A DNA stretch of 44,870 bases from a virus. Below the pieces are notes generated by a model. That model was not told where the DNA came from. It ran no database searches and saw nothing but the letters and a program-made list of their open reading frames with translations. A program made the position numbers and the translations under genes. Location of the stretch: UHGV virus genome UHGV-0384602; one strand, written 5' to 3'. Every line of letters begins with the position of its first letter. Within the stretch, counting starts at the first letter, position 1. Below are positions 1-9,357 of this stretch, piece after piece.

Positions 1-557
1 CCACCGGCCCCACCACCACCAACAATTTCAACAATAATAAATTTTGTGCCTTTTGTCGGAGTGTATGTACCTGAGCTTTTAAACACCTGACACTGTATAA
101 GCCTCCCGGAGCCATCTCCCAAACCAAGGTATGCGAGAATGTCATCAATAGTATTTTTGCCGATAATATCACGGCCTACCTTAGTGAGGTCGGTCTGCGC
201 AGCCTTATCTGTGCCAGTGAAATACGGTAGCTTATTTGCACCTGTCGCCAGTCCGGCCAGAGCCGTCAACGTGGCATCAAGCGCCTGATAATCCTTACCG
301 AATGCAGAAGACATTTTGGTAATGAATCCATTCAGGTCGCCATCATCCAATACATCCAGTCCGCTTTTGTTTGCTGTGTACTGTGCAAGTGCTGCAGCAA
401 TAAAGCTGGCCTGCCGAATAACCTTATTGACTTGCGCACTGGAGGCTTTCCCTGCTGTAAATCCGGATAAAAGCGCGGGCAACGCTTCCCATTCCTCCTG
501 CGATATAACATTGGCATTTCGATCCGTTGCAAACGCTTTAAAGTCATTTTTCGCCAT
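1..557 (-). CDS. tail fibre protein, N-terminal part (partial; gene runs off window start)
   Basis: ATG at 557..555 overlaps the stop of the upstream gene (ATGA). Frame is open for 185 codons to position 1: MAKNDFKAFATDRNANV...LTALAGLATGANKLPYFTGTDKAAQTDLTKVGRDIIGKN...EIVGGGGAG. The LTALAGL..NKLPYF..VGRDI block resembles the conserved region of lambda Stf-type side tail fibres (from memory). Confidence 0.55.
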   Translation of the reverse strand, partial: MAKNDFKAFATDRNANVISQEEWEALPALLSGFTAGKASSAQVNKVIRQASFIAAALAQYTANKSGLDVLDDGDLNGFITKMSSAFGKDYQALDATLTALAGLATGANKLPYFTGTDKAAQTDLTKVGRDIIGKNTIDDILAYLGLGDGSGRLIQCQVFKSSGTYTPTKGTKFIIVEIVGGGGAG

Positions 558-1237
558 CAGAGTAATACTCCCCATGCTCCTACATCAAAACCACTGATGA
601 ATTCGTTATCCATATCAAAACCAAAAAATTTTGAGCCTTCCGATGGGGTTTCCACCGAAGGTGTTTCAATGCCACCCGCCCATACCCCGGCAGCTTTTAC
701 TGTGAGATACCCCTGTTTAATTGCCGCAATTAACTCACGCGATACATCTGAAATATCAGTATCAGGAAAGACCCAGACCGATATCGTCATGTCCTGGTTA
801 TCGACTATCTGCATTCGCAGTCCGGATCCTACTGTCGCCGCGTCAAGAATTGCTGGAAGCGAATCATTCCGTCCGTCCCAGTTATTAATCGCAATCTTCG
901 CTTTAAGGATGACACGATAAGTTTCATCGCTGAGGTACATGTATCCGGAATCAGGATCGTATGGCCCCTGCCATACACCCTGATCATATCCAAGCCCGTC
1001 GGTATCCCAGCTGAAATAGACACCTGAGATAGGCTGGCTGACAACACGGCTACGTCCGATCCACAATCCAAGAATGTCAAGTTGCACACCAACCGCAGAG
1101 TCAATATCAAATGCAGTAATCAGCCCTCTGGTGGCAGCCGCAACATCAATAAGCGGCCGGGTCATCAGATCAACATGTGCAAGAAATTTAGGTTTGGTGG
1201 CGTGGTAGTTCGTGATCAGTTCGGTGTATTTGCTCAT
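557..1237 (-). CDS. baseplate/tail protein (226 aa)
   Basis: 226-aa ORF immediately upstream of the fibre gene, translationally coupled to its neighbours within the baseplate cluster. Function assigned by position only. Confidence 0.4.
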   Translation of the reverse strand: MSKYTELITNYHATKPKFLAHVDLMTRPLIDVAAATRGLITAFDIDSAVGVQLDILGLWIGRSRVVSQPISGVYFSWDTDGLGYDQGVWQGPYDPDSGYMYLSDETYRVILKAKIAINNWDGRNDSLPAILDAATVGSGLRMQIVDNQDMTISVWVFPDTDISDVSRELIAAIKQGYLTVKAAGVWAGGIETPSVETPSEGSKFFGFDMDNEFISGFDVGAWGVLL

Positions 1238-2433
1238 GACTCCACCGTTATAACGATATTTTCCGGTGTACAGGACGCAGATTCGTTGTATCTGATATCA
1301 ATGTTTGATGACGACAAAGCCCCCGGGGATTTCCCAATCGTCAGTTCCTGAATATCGTAATAGCGTGCATTCCCGCCACTCACCACGCCAAGATTCGCCG
1401 GTGAGTAAATGCGACTTAAAAGGACCGAATCACCAATCATCAGACTATTGATATAGTCGGAAATAGCCTGCTGGATCTGCTGCCCTATCTGTGAGGTATA
1501 ACCCGTAAAAACTTTTAATTTAATCCGGGCATAAACAGGTACATCACTGGAACGCGAGAATTTGATTACATGGGGATTGCCGTATTTATCCGGAACCGTA
1601 ACGGATGTTGTACCGTGAGTGGCTGTCCCCTGGCCTTTATTCCCTCTAATAGCCTGAGCAATATCCGTCACATCACCGCCATCCACAATTACAGCAACAG
1701 AGTGTGGCGGTAACCCGTTACCGTCCTCCGAACCAGTATCGTTTTCATAGAGTTTGTGGCGGGTTACACCGGTAACATTAGAAACAGCACCATCCAGTGC
1801 TTCAAATGGGGTTATTGATGGCAACGCAACACTTTGCGACTGGCGGATACGTAACTCCGCATCAGTTTCTGCTGGAGTGCCTACAGTAGCTGCAGCAGGA
1901 TTGGTTACCGAAACCCAGCCACGGGTTGGCGTATTAATTTCAGTGATAGTTCCAGCCAGCGCCGCCACTGCACCACTGACGGAACATTTTGCGGTCACCA
2001 TCACTGTACCATCCACGCCGACCACCACTGAAGCAGGCAAACGCCATATCACATTATTACCATCTTTCACGCTGCCATTAATGATGGTTGTTCCGGCAGT
2101 TCCTGTAAGAAGCAAATCAACCGTAGAATTCGTCGCGCCTTTACGTGAAATACCATTTATTTTCACGTTACTGGTCAGCGCAGCCCCATAGCCGGTTGCC
2201 GGTGAAAAACAGTTGTAGACAGTTATCGCCATATTATTGGCATCATGAATCGCCAGCGCCATCAGAGCCACCATCTGGCCGTCTTTGCTGTCCGGTTCGA
2301 GGTAGGCATCACTGCCATAAATCTGCTGAAAATAGCTAATCAGGGTGCTGAGTATCGTCTGATAATCAGGCGCACTGATCCCCTCCGCGGTTACCTTTGC
2401 AGATAAACCGAGAGAATCAAGGTTCAGAGCCAT
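1234..2433 (-). CDS. baseplate J-like protein
   Basis: 399-aa ORF, overlapping start/stop with neighbours. Size and position (after the gp25-like gene, before the fibre) are typical of baseplate J/gp47-like proteins of Mu/P2-type myoviruses. Confidence 0.5.
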   Translation of the reverse strand: MALNLDSLGLSAKVTAEGISAPDYQTILSTLISYFQQIYGSDAYLEPDSKDGQMVALMALAIHDANNMAITVYNCFSPATGYGAALTSNVKINGISRKGATNSTVDLLLTGTAGTTIINGSVKDGNNVIWRLPASVVVGVDGTVMVTAKCSVSGAVAALAGTITEINTPTRGWVSVTNPAAATVGTPAETDAELRIRQSQSVALPSITPFEALDGAVSNVTGVTRHKLYENDTGSEDGNGLPPHSVAVIVDGGDVTDIAQAIRGNKGQGTATHGTTSVTVPDKYGNPHVIKFSRSSDVPVYARIKLKVFTGYTSQIGQQIQQAISDYINSLMIGDSVLLSRIYSPANLGVVSGGNARYYDIQELTIGKSPGALSSSNIDIRYNESASCTPENIVITVES

Positions 2434-2786
2434 TACGCCTCCGATGTAACAGTCGTTATTCCATAAAGAGTGTCGATTTCAGCGGAAAACATGACACGTC
2501 GGGTCGTGGTATCCACCGTCGTATTGAAAGAGAGGATTGATTTAACGCCCTGCGTTTCGAGGATGCGTTTTCTGATCGCCAGGTTGTAAGTTTCCGGTTT
2601 TTGCCTGCCCAGCACGGACTGGATCCACGGAGTCCCCTCGGTGGTGTCGAGAAACCATTGCCCATACCACAATTCGAATCGCGTTTTTACCGCCTGCGCC
2701 ACGGCCTCCGGTGAGTTAATCAGCCAGGTGTCATCACCGCTGCCAAAGGTGTAATCGCCATCGGCGTCTTCACGTCTGTATCGCAT
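2433..2786 (-). CDS. baseplate wedge protein (gp25/GPW-like)
   Basis: 117-aa ORF between the V-like and J-like genes with ATGA overlap. Size and synteny match GPW/gp25. Confidence 0.45.
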   Translation of the reverse strand: MRYRREDADGDYTFGSGDDTWLINSPEAVAQAVKTRFELWYGQWFLDTTEGTPWIQSVLGRQKPETYNLAIRKRILETQGVKSILSFNTTVDTTTRRVMFSAEIDTLYGITTVTSEA

Positions 2787-3538
2787 CAGTTTACTCCGTC
2801 GGTATTGCTTCCACCGCGCTGAACACCACCATGAGTGTGCGTATCATCGATTGGCTTGCCGTTAGCCTTCACGCTACCCAAAAACTCAACAGCACCAGTG
2901 ATTTTTGAAGCCACACCAGAAACAACAGACCCCACCATGCCACCCATCCAGGTTAACAGGCCATGAATGGTTACTTTCTCAGAAAAATCAGCCAGAGGAG
3001 CAACCACATCAAGACCACCCGGAGCGACAATTTTAATTTTCCTGGTGTCAGGATTAAGCTCAAAATAGGTGCTGCCGTCGTCACTACGCAACTGTGTGGC
3101 ACTGGTATTAATACCGCTAATCTTCCTCGCCTGCGACTGGGGACCGACAATACAAAACGCATCCGATAAATCATGCATTCTGTCATCGACCGGCTCCTGT
3201 ATCCCGCCACTCTGCCACCAGAAATCAATACAACGATCGGCAAAAACGACAAGACACTCATCCCCGGCTTTTACCGGAAAAGTCAACGTACAGCCTCCGC
3301 CGCGCGGGAATACCACTGGTACATCCACCAGCAATGGGTAATTTTGGGTAATGCGGTTGCCGTCATTATCCTTTTCAACCGAACGGATAGCAGGCTGCAC
3401 AACTGCCGTCACCGCATCAGGATCGAATGACTGAATAATGCCAGGCAAGGCGACACGGATCTGGTTCTTTGTTGTTTCCCGTTCAGATTTGAATGTTTCG
3501 GCAAGGTCGCCGCTGCGGGTCTGGTCAGATACTGCCAT
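2786..3538 (-). CDS. baseplate assembly/spike protein (gpV-like)
   Basis: 250-aa ORF with RBS GGAG upstream. Gly-rich C-terminus. Position matches the baseplate V/spike of Mu-like tails. Confidence 0.45.
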   Translation of the reverse strand: MAVSDQTRSGDLAETFKSERETTKNQIRVALPGIIQSFDPDAVTAVVQPAIRSVEKDNDGNRITQNYPLLVDVPVVFPRGGGCTLTFPVKAGDECLVVFADRCIDFWWQSGGIQEPVDDRMHDLSDAFCIVGPQSQARKISGINTSATQLRSDDGSTYFELNPDTRKIKIVAPGGLDVVAPLADFSEKVTIHGLLTWMGGMVGSVVSGVASKITGAVEFLGSVKANGKPIDDTHTHGGVQRGGSNTDGVN

Positions 3539-3553
3539 TTAGTAGGCTCCAGA

Positions 3554-3582
3554 AAGCAAAAAACCCGCCATCCGGCGGGTTT
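3554..3582 (-). terminator. rho-independent terminator downstream of the lipoprotein gene
   Basis: Minus-strand hairpin AACCCGCC-GGAT-GGCGGGTT followed by a T6 run, 20 nt after the stop of the 3604..4329 gene and about 16 nt before the RBS of the next baseplate gene. Confidence 0.5.
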
Positions 3583-3603
3583 TATGTGACTAATTTGATC
3601 TTT

Positions 3604-4329
3604 TCAGTTTATAAGCCCCATCTTACCGGCGCTTCGATAGTTAATTACATCGCCTGAAGAGCCGCAAGGCACAGCTACAGTCGACATTTTGACAAATCCT
3701 TTACCGCCCTGCTTTTGGCATAAAGTGGCATGCATTTTTGCTAAACGCGCAGCATGACCAAAATCAATTTTGGTTCCGTAAGTTGAATCTCGTAGAGCTG
3801 CTTTTTTTGCAATTCCAGTAATATTTTTGTCTTTAATTACAGATGCAAACAAACTCAAATCATTTCCAATTTGATTGAAGCAAGTACGATTAATATCAAC
3901 ATCGGCATACGCTGAAATGCGTTTGCAATCTGAGATCTGAGAAAGCACAGATGTGTTAACCAGTTGCAAATTTAATTTGTAGTCACCGACATAGGTATAA
4001 ACTTTGTTAGGGTCCGTGGTTCCCGGATAACGAGTTACGAATGGAATGCTGTTGTACGCATCTCGCAAAGATTCTGCACCCTTACTTTTAAGCTCGTTCC
4101 CAACACCAGCAACGATAACCTCTGGATGTGAAACTTCAAATTGAGACTTTTCTTCGCGCTGTATTTGAAGCCTGCTTTTCTGGCTCTCCTCAACTTGCTT
4201 ATCGTACGCTTGTTTTTCTTCATTTTTTTGGGATAGCCATTTTTCCTGCGCTTTAGCACCATTAGGATCCCAACTACATGAAGTTAAAAAAAGAGAAAAT
4301 ACGATTGTGGTTATCGCAAGCCTGCTCAC
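3604..4329 (-). CDS. predicted lipoprotein (241 aa), moron inside the baseplate operon
   Basis: GTG start 2 nt after the upstream stop. N-terminus MSRLAITTIVFSLFLTSC has signal-peptide character with lipobox LTSC and Ser at +2. Followed by a charged E/K/Q-rich segment and a C-terminal domain. Own terminator downstream. Locally AT-richer by eye. Confidence 0.55.
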   Translation of the reverse strand: MSRLAITTIVFSLFLTSCSWDPNGAKAQEKWLSQKNEEKQAYDKQVEESQKSRLQIQREEKSQFEVSHPEVIVAGVGNELKSKGAESLRDAYNSIPFVTRYPGTTDPNKVYTYVGDYKLNLQLVNTSVLSQISDCKRISAYADVDINRTCFNQIGNDLSLFASVIKDKNITGIAKKAALRDSTYGTKIDFGHAARLAKMHATLCQKQGGKGFVKMSTVAVPCGSSGDVINYRSAGKMGLIN

Positions 4330-4331
4330 TA

Positions 4332-5396
4332 TTATGCACCTCGATTCATCGCTGACTGGCTAGGAATATCACTAGCACCTCGAGCAAAGCACATCATATC
4401 CATGTACCACGCCTGGCCCCTTGTGTCGCCAGTGTACATAATCCCGCGCACAATATAAACGCCATCCGTTGCGATGCTGGCAGGCTGCGATGTGGTGCCG
4501 CTTAGCGTGATATTTCCATCCGTGTTCTGGTCGGTGATCTGACCACCAGCCATCGCAATATCGTTGTTCGACAACGCGGTACGATACACTGAAGCCTGAT
4601 CCAGCTGAATGAGTCCGTTAACCCGGATGTTCGGATTAATAAGCGCGCGGACGTTTACGCCGTTACCGATAGTCTGCTGCGGCATGCCAATAAGCCCGGT
4701 AGCGCTGTTGAGCACAATCGCTTCATGAACATATTCGTTATTCGCCACCATCTGGCGCTGACCATCCACGAATTGCCATGTTGCGCCACATTGCCCGGCT
4801 ACGTTATCCATTAGATGCCGCGTCATGCCAAAGAGTACCCGCCCCCGGGGGAATACAGTAGCAGGCATTTCAGGCGTCAGGCCTTCGGTCGCGCCTTTGG
4901 CTTCGAAGTCTTTCATCAGCGCACGGTTTACATCAGCGACCGTGTAACCGGCAGCCAGCGTCTGTGAGGTTATACTGGTGGCAAAAGCCAGATCAGTATC
5001 TGCTGCCTGAATCAGGACGTAGGAATCAACCGGACTGTCTTTTCCTGTAACCGAGTAGCGAATTTCACCGCTGAAAATCAGTCCGTAGTTGCGACCATCA
5101 CTCTGGCCCACGTCCGCCGCGTCAACTTCCCGCACTGTCCCGACGTCGCTTGCCGACACCTCCGGCGCGATACCGTCGTAACCCGCAATCAGACGCACTT
5201 TCGAAAACTCCTGCCCGGTAATTCGGTTCACAGTATCTGCCGAGAGGTTATAAATTTTGATAGTCCCTACCCGGGACGCGCTGCTGATGTTGAACCAGTC
5301 GATCGTAAAGGTGACTTTAAAATCACTTAGCTCAATTCCCTGACCGTTCCCGTCCACAAGCTGCAGCTCGAAATGTCTCATCCAGTTCTGTGACAT
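4332..5396 (-). CDS. baseplate hub/tail protein (354 aa)
   Basis: 354-aa ORF in the tail operon between the tape-measure-proximal genes and the baseplate genes. Assigned by size and synteny. Confidence 0.4.
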   Translation of the reverse strand: MSQNWMRHFELQLVDGNGQGIELSDFKVTFTIDWFNISSASRVGTIKIYNLSADTVNRITGQEFSKVRLIAGYDGIAPEVSASDVGTVREVDAADVGQSDGRNYGLIFSGEIRYSVTGKDSPVDSYVLIQAADTDLAFATSITSQTLAAGYTVADVNRALMKDFEAKGATEGLTPEMPATVFPRGRVLFGMTRHLMDNVAGQCGATWQFVDGQRQMVANNEYVHEAIVLNSATGLIGMPQQTIGNGVNVRALINPNIRVNGLIQLDQASVYRTALSNNDIAMAGGQITDQNTDGNITLSGTTSQPASIATDGVYIVRGIMYTGDTRGQAWYMDMMCFARGASDIPSQSAMNRGA

Positions 5397-5398
5397 GC

Positions 5399-5701
5399 TT
5401 ACTCCGTTGATACCAGTAAATGGCTGCGACCGCCCAGGTCAGTTTTTGTGGGGTAATCCTGTGTGTTGTCATCACAGACCACCACCAGCTTAAAACCAAG
5501 CCCCATACAGGCGTACTGCGCCAGCAGGTCAGCACCAGTGACGAGAGGAATACCGGAGATTACCGGCTCCCCTCTGTCGTTCTGCAGGTCCATAATCCAG
5601 TACAGATCGCGCCATATGATGCTAATCCGCCAGGTGACACCACCCAGGACGATGCTGAACTGCTGGTTGTCCGCTGTCAGCGGAATTTCCTGAATTGTCA
5701 T
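5399..5701 (-). CDS. tail protein (100 aa)
   Basis: ORF tightly packed in the tail operon (3-nt gap to the next gene). Confidence 0.35.
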   Translation of the reverse strand: MTIQEIPLTADNQQFSIVLGGVTWRISIIWRDLYWIMDLQNDRGEPVISGIPLVTGADLLAQYACMGLGFKLVVVCDDNTQDYPTKTDLGGRSHLLVSTE

Positions 5702-6288
5702 TAGCCGCCCCCCAGTAATGACGCCACGTTACCCGTGATGCTTTTCAGCAGTGAAGTATCTGGAGGTTTTGTGGTTTTGTTGCCGCTGTTCTGTACCGCC
5801 GACGTGCTGGCCCCTTCCTTCATGTTGGTTTTATCCGCGACGGTAATCTGCTGTGTCCGGGAGATAATGACCTCCCTCAGGGTGAGGACGGCGGACAGGA
5901 CGTTTTCGGTTGTCTTGTCCGTCGTCACTTCCAGCGCCCGGATCAACATGTTGCTGTACAGCCGTTTACCGGTTACCACATCGAAGGGGATACGGCTTTC
6001 CTGCAGATCCAGTAGCTCCTGATACGTCTGCTGAGGACTCAGGCCGAGCAGGCTGGTAGCCGTCAGGTTACTGGCAAAATCCAGCAATGCGCCGCCACCG
6101 GCGAAACCAACCTCCATCACCACTTCTGACGGTTTTTTATAGGCATGATCAGCGACAGCGGCCCCGACCTCTACCGGATGCTCTGTTATTTCAAGCATAT
6201 CTGTATGCTTCTCTGAAATAACAACACTGGGAACAATCATTCCTATTTTTCTGCTCTGCTGATGAAAAAGTGTAGAGAGAATATCCAC
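5701..6288 (-). CDS. tail protein (195 aa)
   Basis: ORF immediately after the tape measure gene with a 1-nt overlap. Position typical of a distal tail/baseplate initiator protein. Confidence 0.35.
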   Translation of the reverse strand: MDILSTLFHQQSRKIGMIVPSVVISEKHTDMLEITEHPVEVGAAVADHAYKKPSEVVMEVGFAGGGALLDFASNLTATSLLGLSPQQTYQELLDLQESRIPFDVVTGKRLYSNMLIRALEVTTDKTTENVLSAVLTLREVIISRTQQITVADKTNMKEGASTSAVQNSGNKTTKPPDTSLLKSITGNVASLLGGG

Positions 6289-8273
6289 TAACCCACCCTC
6301 ACCTGATTACTTCGCATGACCTGAGCATTTGCAGACTGTTGCCGACGTGCAACCTCATTACCGACAGCGTGCGGATCTCCGCCACCGTAAATGTGGTAGG
6401 TATTTTGCTGGTTAACCTCTGTCACTTTGCCACTAATTCCCGCCACGGCAGCCTTATTAATCAGCTCTCGAGAATAGATATTTCTTCCATTCTCATGCTG
6501 GATAATGCTGCTCATCAATGCTGACATGGTTTGCGGATCGCTCATATTCAGGGCAGCCCGGGGATCCACTCCCAGTCGTTGCGATACAGCCCTGATATAC
6601 GCGGTTGTGTTGTTATTATCAGACGCAGGTGCCCAGGTAGAGATAATTTTCTCCACACTGTTTATTCCCCGTCCGGCGTACAGCATTAACTGACGAGCAA
6701 GAGCCCGTAATCCATCAAAGGCAGTTTCAAATCTGGCAAATCGCCCGCCCGGGCGTTCAAGAGAAGCCCCTGCCTGACCAGCAAAATTAAGGTTTCCCGG
6801 ATTGTTATTCCGTTCTCCTCGTTTCGTAGCCTGTGCATATTGTTCCGGCTCAGCACCTGGAATATCTGACTGAATATTTGCGCCTTTTACGGTATGAGGA
6901 TTACGACCAAAATCGGTATCAATGCCAAGCCAGCGCAATGAATCTCCAATATTTTGTTTCGTGTAATCCCAGGATGACTTCGCACTGGCACCAATATTTT
7001 CGCGATCAGAGTACAAATACGCAGCATAAGCCATCCAGCCTTTTAACCACGGCGGGACCGGCAAACCTGATATTTTCCCGAAAGCCCCCAGAACCCTGGA
7101 TACCCAGACACCCGCGATGAATGTACCAAGGATTTCCAGTGCATTTTGCCAGCCGCCAACACCATCTTTTAGTTCCAGAAGGTGATCACGAAGCCAGGTG
7201 ATCGCATCCTTCGCTTTATCTATTGCCGGTTGCCATTTTTCCCAGTCGATAAGACTGTTACCGCCTTCTTTCCATGTTTTGTAGTCTTCCCACAAGAGAC
7301 CGAGAGCCACGATCAGACCGGTAATCAGCCCTATAGGTGACATCCAGAAAGTAGAGTTAAGTATCCGCATGGCGACAACCAGACCGCCGATAACCTCTAT
7401 CAGGGTTTTCGTTTCGGCATCCAGTTTTCCCCACCACTCGATGATATCTCCGACACCATCGACTATCCGAAATGCTACCCGCCCGACTATCTCACCCAGC
7501 CAGAGGATCCCCTTTATGACCTTTGTGATGGTGACTTCAATTTTGGGAAAATTTTCAATTATCTTTTTGCGCAGGTTATCAATCTGCCCCGCCAGTCCGT
7601 CCGCAAGATTCGATCCGATTTTGTCCCGCGCCATCCCGGCCATTTCACCGAGCGATTTCAGCGAGGTCATAAACCGGTTTGACGATAAGGCAGCCTGATC
7701 GGCATTAAATCCGATCGCTTTCACCATTTCTGAATACTGAGCGCTGAACTGCCCCACACCACGACGCATGGCCATCAGGGTATTTTCGTCAATGCCCAGC
7801 ATCTGCGCATACTGGTTAGCCCGGTAATACGGCATACCGCTGAGCTTCTGGCCTACACCTGTAAAAATAGCGGCCATGTCACGCATGTTGCCGCTGGCAT
7901 CCCGTGTCTGAACACCCAGGCGATTCAGAAATCCCTCCGCCCCGGGATTGTTACGAATAAACCGGGAGAGACTTTCCAGAGAAGATCGCGCAGCGTCCAC
8001 ACTGCCGCCAACCTGCGAAACCGCATAGCCAATAGACTGAATTCCCTGGACCGTCGCGCCGGTGCGCTGTGACGCCCAGTAAAGATTATCCAGGCCGGAG
8101 GCGATCTTAGCCGTGAAGGCCACCACGGACAGCGCAGCTCCTTCAACAGCCAGCCCCATTTTGATGACATTTGCAGTTGTACCGGCGAGGACAGAACCGA
8201 ACTTTTTCGCTCCTGCATCATCCACACTGAAGCCAAGCGAGACGAGGAAATCTTTAATAGTCTCGGCGTTCAT
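6288..8273 (-). CDS. tail tape measure protein
   Basis: 661-aa ORF directly downstream of the chaperone frameshift pair. Contains a long central hydrophobic segment. Size and position are diagnostic. Confidence 0.65.
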   Translation of the reverse strand: MNAETIKDFLVSLGFSVDDAGAKKFGSVLAGTTANVIKMGLAVEGAALSVVAFTAKIASGLDNLYWASQRTGATVQGIQSIGYAVSQVGGSVDAARSSLESLSRFIRNNPGAEGFLNRLGVQTRDASGNMRDMAAIFTGVGQKLSGMPYYRANQYAQMLGIDENTLMAMRRGVGQFSAQYSEMVKAIGFNADQAALSSNRFMTSLKSLGEMAGMARDKIGSNLADGLAGQIDNLRKKIIENFPKIEVTITKVIKGILWLGEIVGRVAFRIVDGVGDIIEWWGKLDAETKTLIEVIGGLVVAMRILNSTFWMSPIGLITGLIVALGLLWEDYKTWKEGGNSLIDWEKWQPAIDKAKDAITWLRDHLLELKDGVGGWQNALEILGTFIAGVWVSRVLGAFGKISGLPVPPWLKGWMAYAAYLYSDRENIGASAKSSWDYTKQNIGDSLRWLGIDTDFGRNPHTVKGANIQSDIPGAEPEQYAQATKRGERNNNPGNLNFAGQAGASLERPGGRFARFETAFDGLRALARQLMLYAGRGINSVEKIISTWAPASDNNNTTAYIRAVSQRLGVDPRAALNMSDPQTMSALMSSIIQHENGRNIYSRELINKAAVAGISGKVTEVNQQNTYHIYGGGDPHAVGNEVARRQQSANAQVMRSNQVRVG

Positions 8274-8508
8274 TATCCTCTCTCCATTTTTCTACCCGGA
8301 CATCGTTGTCCTCGCACATATCAAGGTAGTCATTAAGAAGCGCGATGCGACAGAGATCTACCGCACCACTGTTAAGATCTTTCTGGTCAATATGGAAGGC
8401 AAGCGCCGGACGAAGAATAAAATCTTCACCACCCGGCAGGCTATTGAAGGTTATTCCGCTGGCGGGATGGGCGTCTCTTTGGTAGGGAGTCCTTGCAAAA
8501 AATTTCCC
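8254..8508 (-). other. -1 frame extension of the tail chaperone (G-T-like frameshift product), slippery site at 8502-8508
   Basis: From GGGAAAT (minus strand, 8508..8502) the -1 frame stays open for about 80 codons to a TAA at 8254-8256, just inside the tape measure start. The 0 frame stops at 8451. Confidence 0.45.
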
Positions 8509-8903
8509 AGCGAATCGGCGACCACCCGCGCCACCAGCTGAAGCATGACCAGCAAATCAATATCATCAAACATCAGTTCGCCCTGGGTAAATACCGGCAC
8601 CCATCCGTCCATATGACGCCGCGATACCACCGCAAGACAGGGATGAATAATCGCATCGGTGTCATCTTCGGTCAGGGAAGACAGTTCCTCAGCGATACGC
8701 GGGAGCATGGTTTCAAACACCGGTTTTAACTGCTCGAATTTCACGGTGTCGATTTTGCCGTCAGCAGGCAAACGGGAGCGAATGCTCCCGAAATCTGACA
8801 TCATTCCTGCCAGCACCGGCAGAAGTTTGCGGGTCACTTTCAGCTGGTCAAAAACGCTGAGTTTTGCCGCGCGATATTTCACGCCTTTGATTTCGAATTC
8901 CAT
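8451..8903 (-). CDS. tail assembly chaperone (G-like)
   Basis: 150-aa ORF between the tube and tape measure genes. Slippery heptamer G_GGA_AAT lies 16 codons before its stop. Confidence 0.5.
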   Translation of the reverse strand: MEFEIKGVKYRAAKLSVFDQLKVTRKLLPVLAGMMSDFGSIRSRLPADGKIDTVKFEQLKPVFETMLPRIAEELSSLTEDDTDAIIHPCLAVVSRRHMDGWVPVFTQGELMFDDIDLLVMLQLVARVVADSLGNFLQGLPTKETPIPPAE

Positions 8904-8906
8904 GTA

Positions 8907-9347
8907 TTAAAACTCCCCGAGAACCTGGTCAATCTTGCCGCAGTCAAACACCCACGGCATCGTATTACCGGTTTTAGCGTTGGCATTATCCGGTTGTTTC
9001 TGGAACGCAACACTACGTGCCGTGATGATGTCGCCGCTGACCTTGTTGCGGATCACAATAACGTTATTCCCCCATGTGGCAGAAGACTGGCTCTGTGCGT
9101 TATACGCCAGCGACAATTTTTTATTTGTCGGTGATGTCTTCAGAAGGTTAACGGTAATCGTCCCGCTTTTATCTGCATGGAGGCTGTGCATCACTTCACC
9201 ATCAGCACCGATGGTCATGGTGTTTTTAGGACCGCCCATCGCAACCACAATCCCCTCTTCAGAACTTGCCGAACCGTACCCGAGGTCAATCGAACCGGTC
9301 GGCCCGGTCAGCGTCGCAGTGACATCCATAAAAGAATAGGTAGACAT
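8907..9347 (-). CDS. tail tube protein
   Basis: 146-aa ORF immediately downstream of the sheath gene and upstream of the chaperone pair. Canonical sheath-tube-chaperone-tape-measure order. Confidence 0.5.
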   Translation of the reverse strand: MSTYSFMDVTATLTGPTGSIDLGYGSASSEEGIVVAMGGPKNTMTIGADGEVMHSLHADKSGTITVNLLKTSPTNKKLSLAYNAQSQSSATWGNNVIVIRNKVSGDIITARSVAFQKQPDNANAKTGNTMPWVFDCGKIDQVLGEF

Positions 9348-9357
9348 TCACTTCCCC

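Noticed and set aside
3604-4329. Lipoprotein moron as an ADP-ribosyltransferase-type toxin subunit
   Set aside because: Signal peptide and size are compatible, but I could not find the catalytic R / S-T-S / E-x-E motif arrangement; left as function unknown.
8113-8541. 142-aa plus-strand ORF
   Set aside because: Antisense across the tape measure start and the chaperone frameshift region; the minus-strand coding here is well supported.
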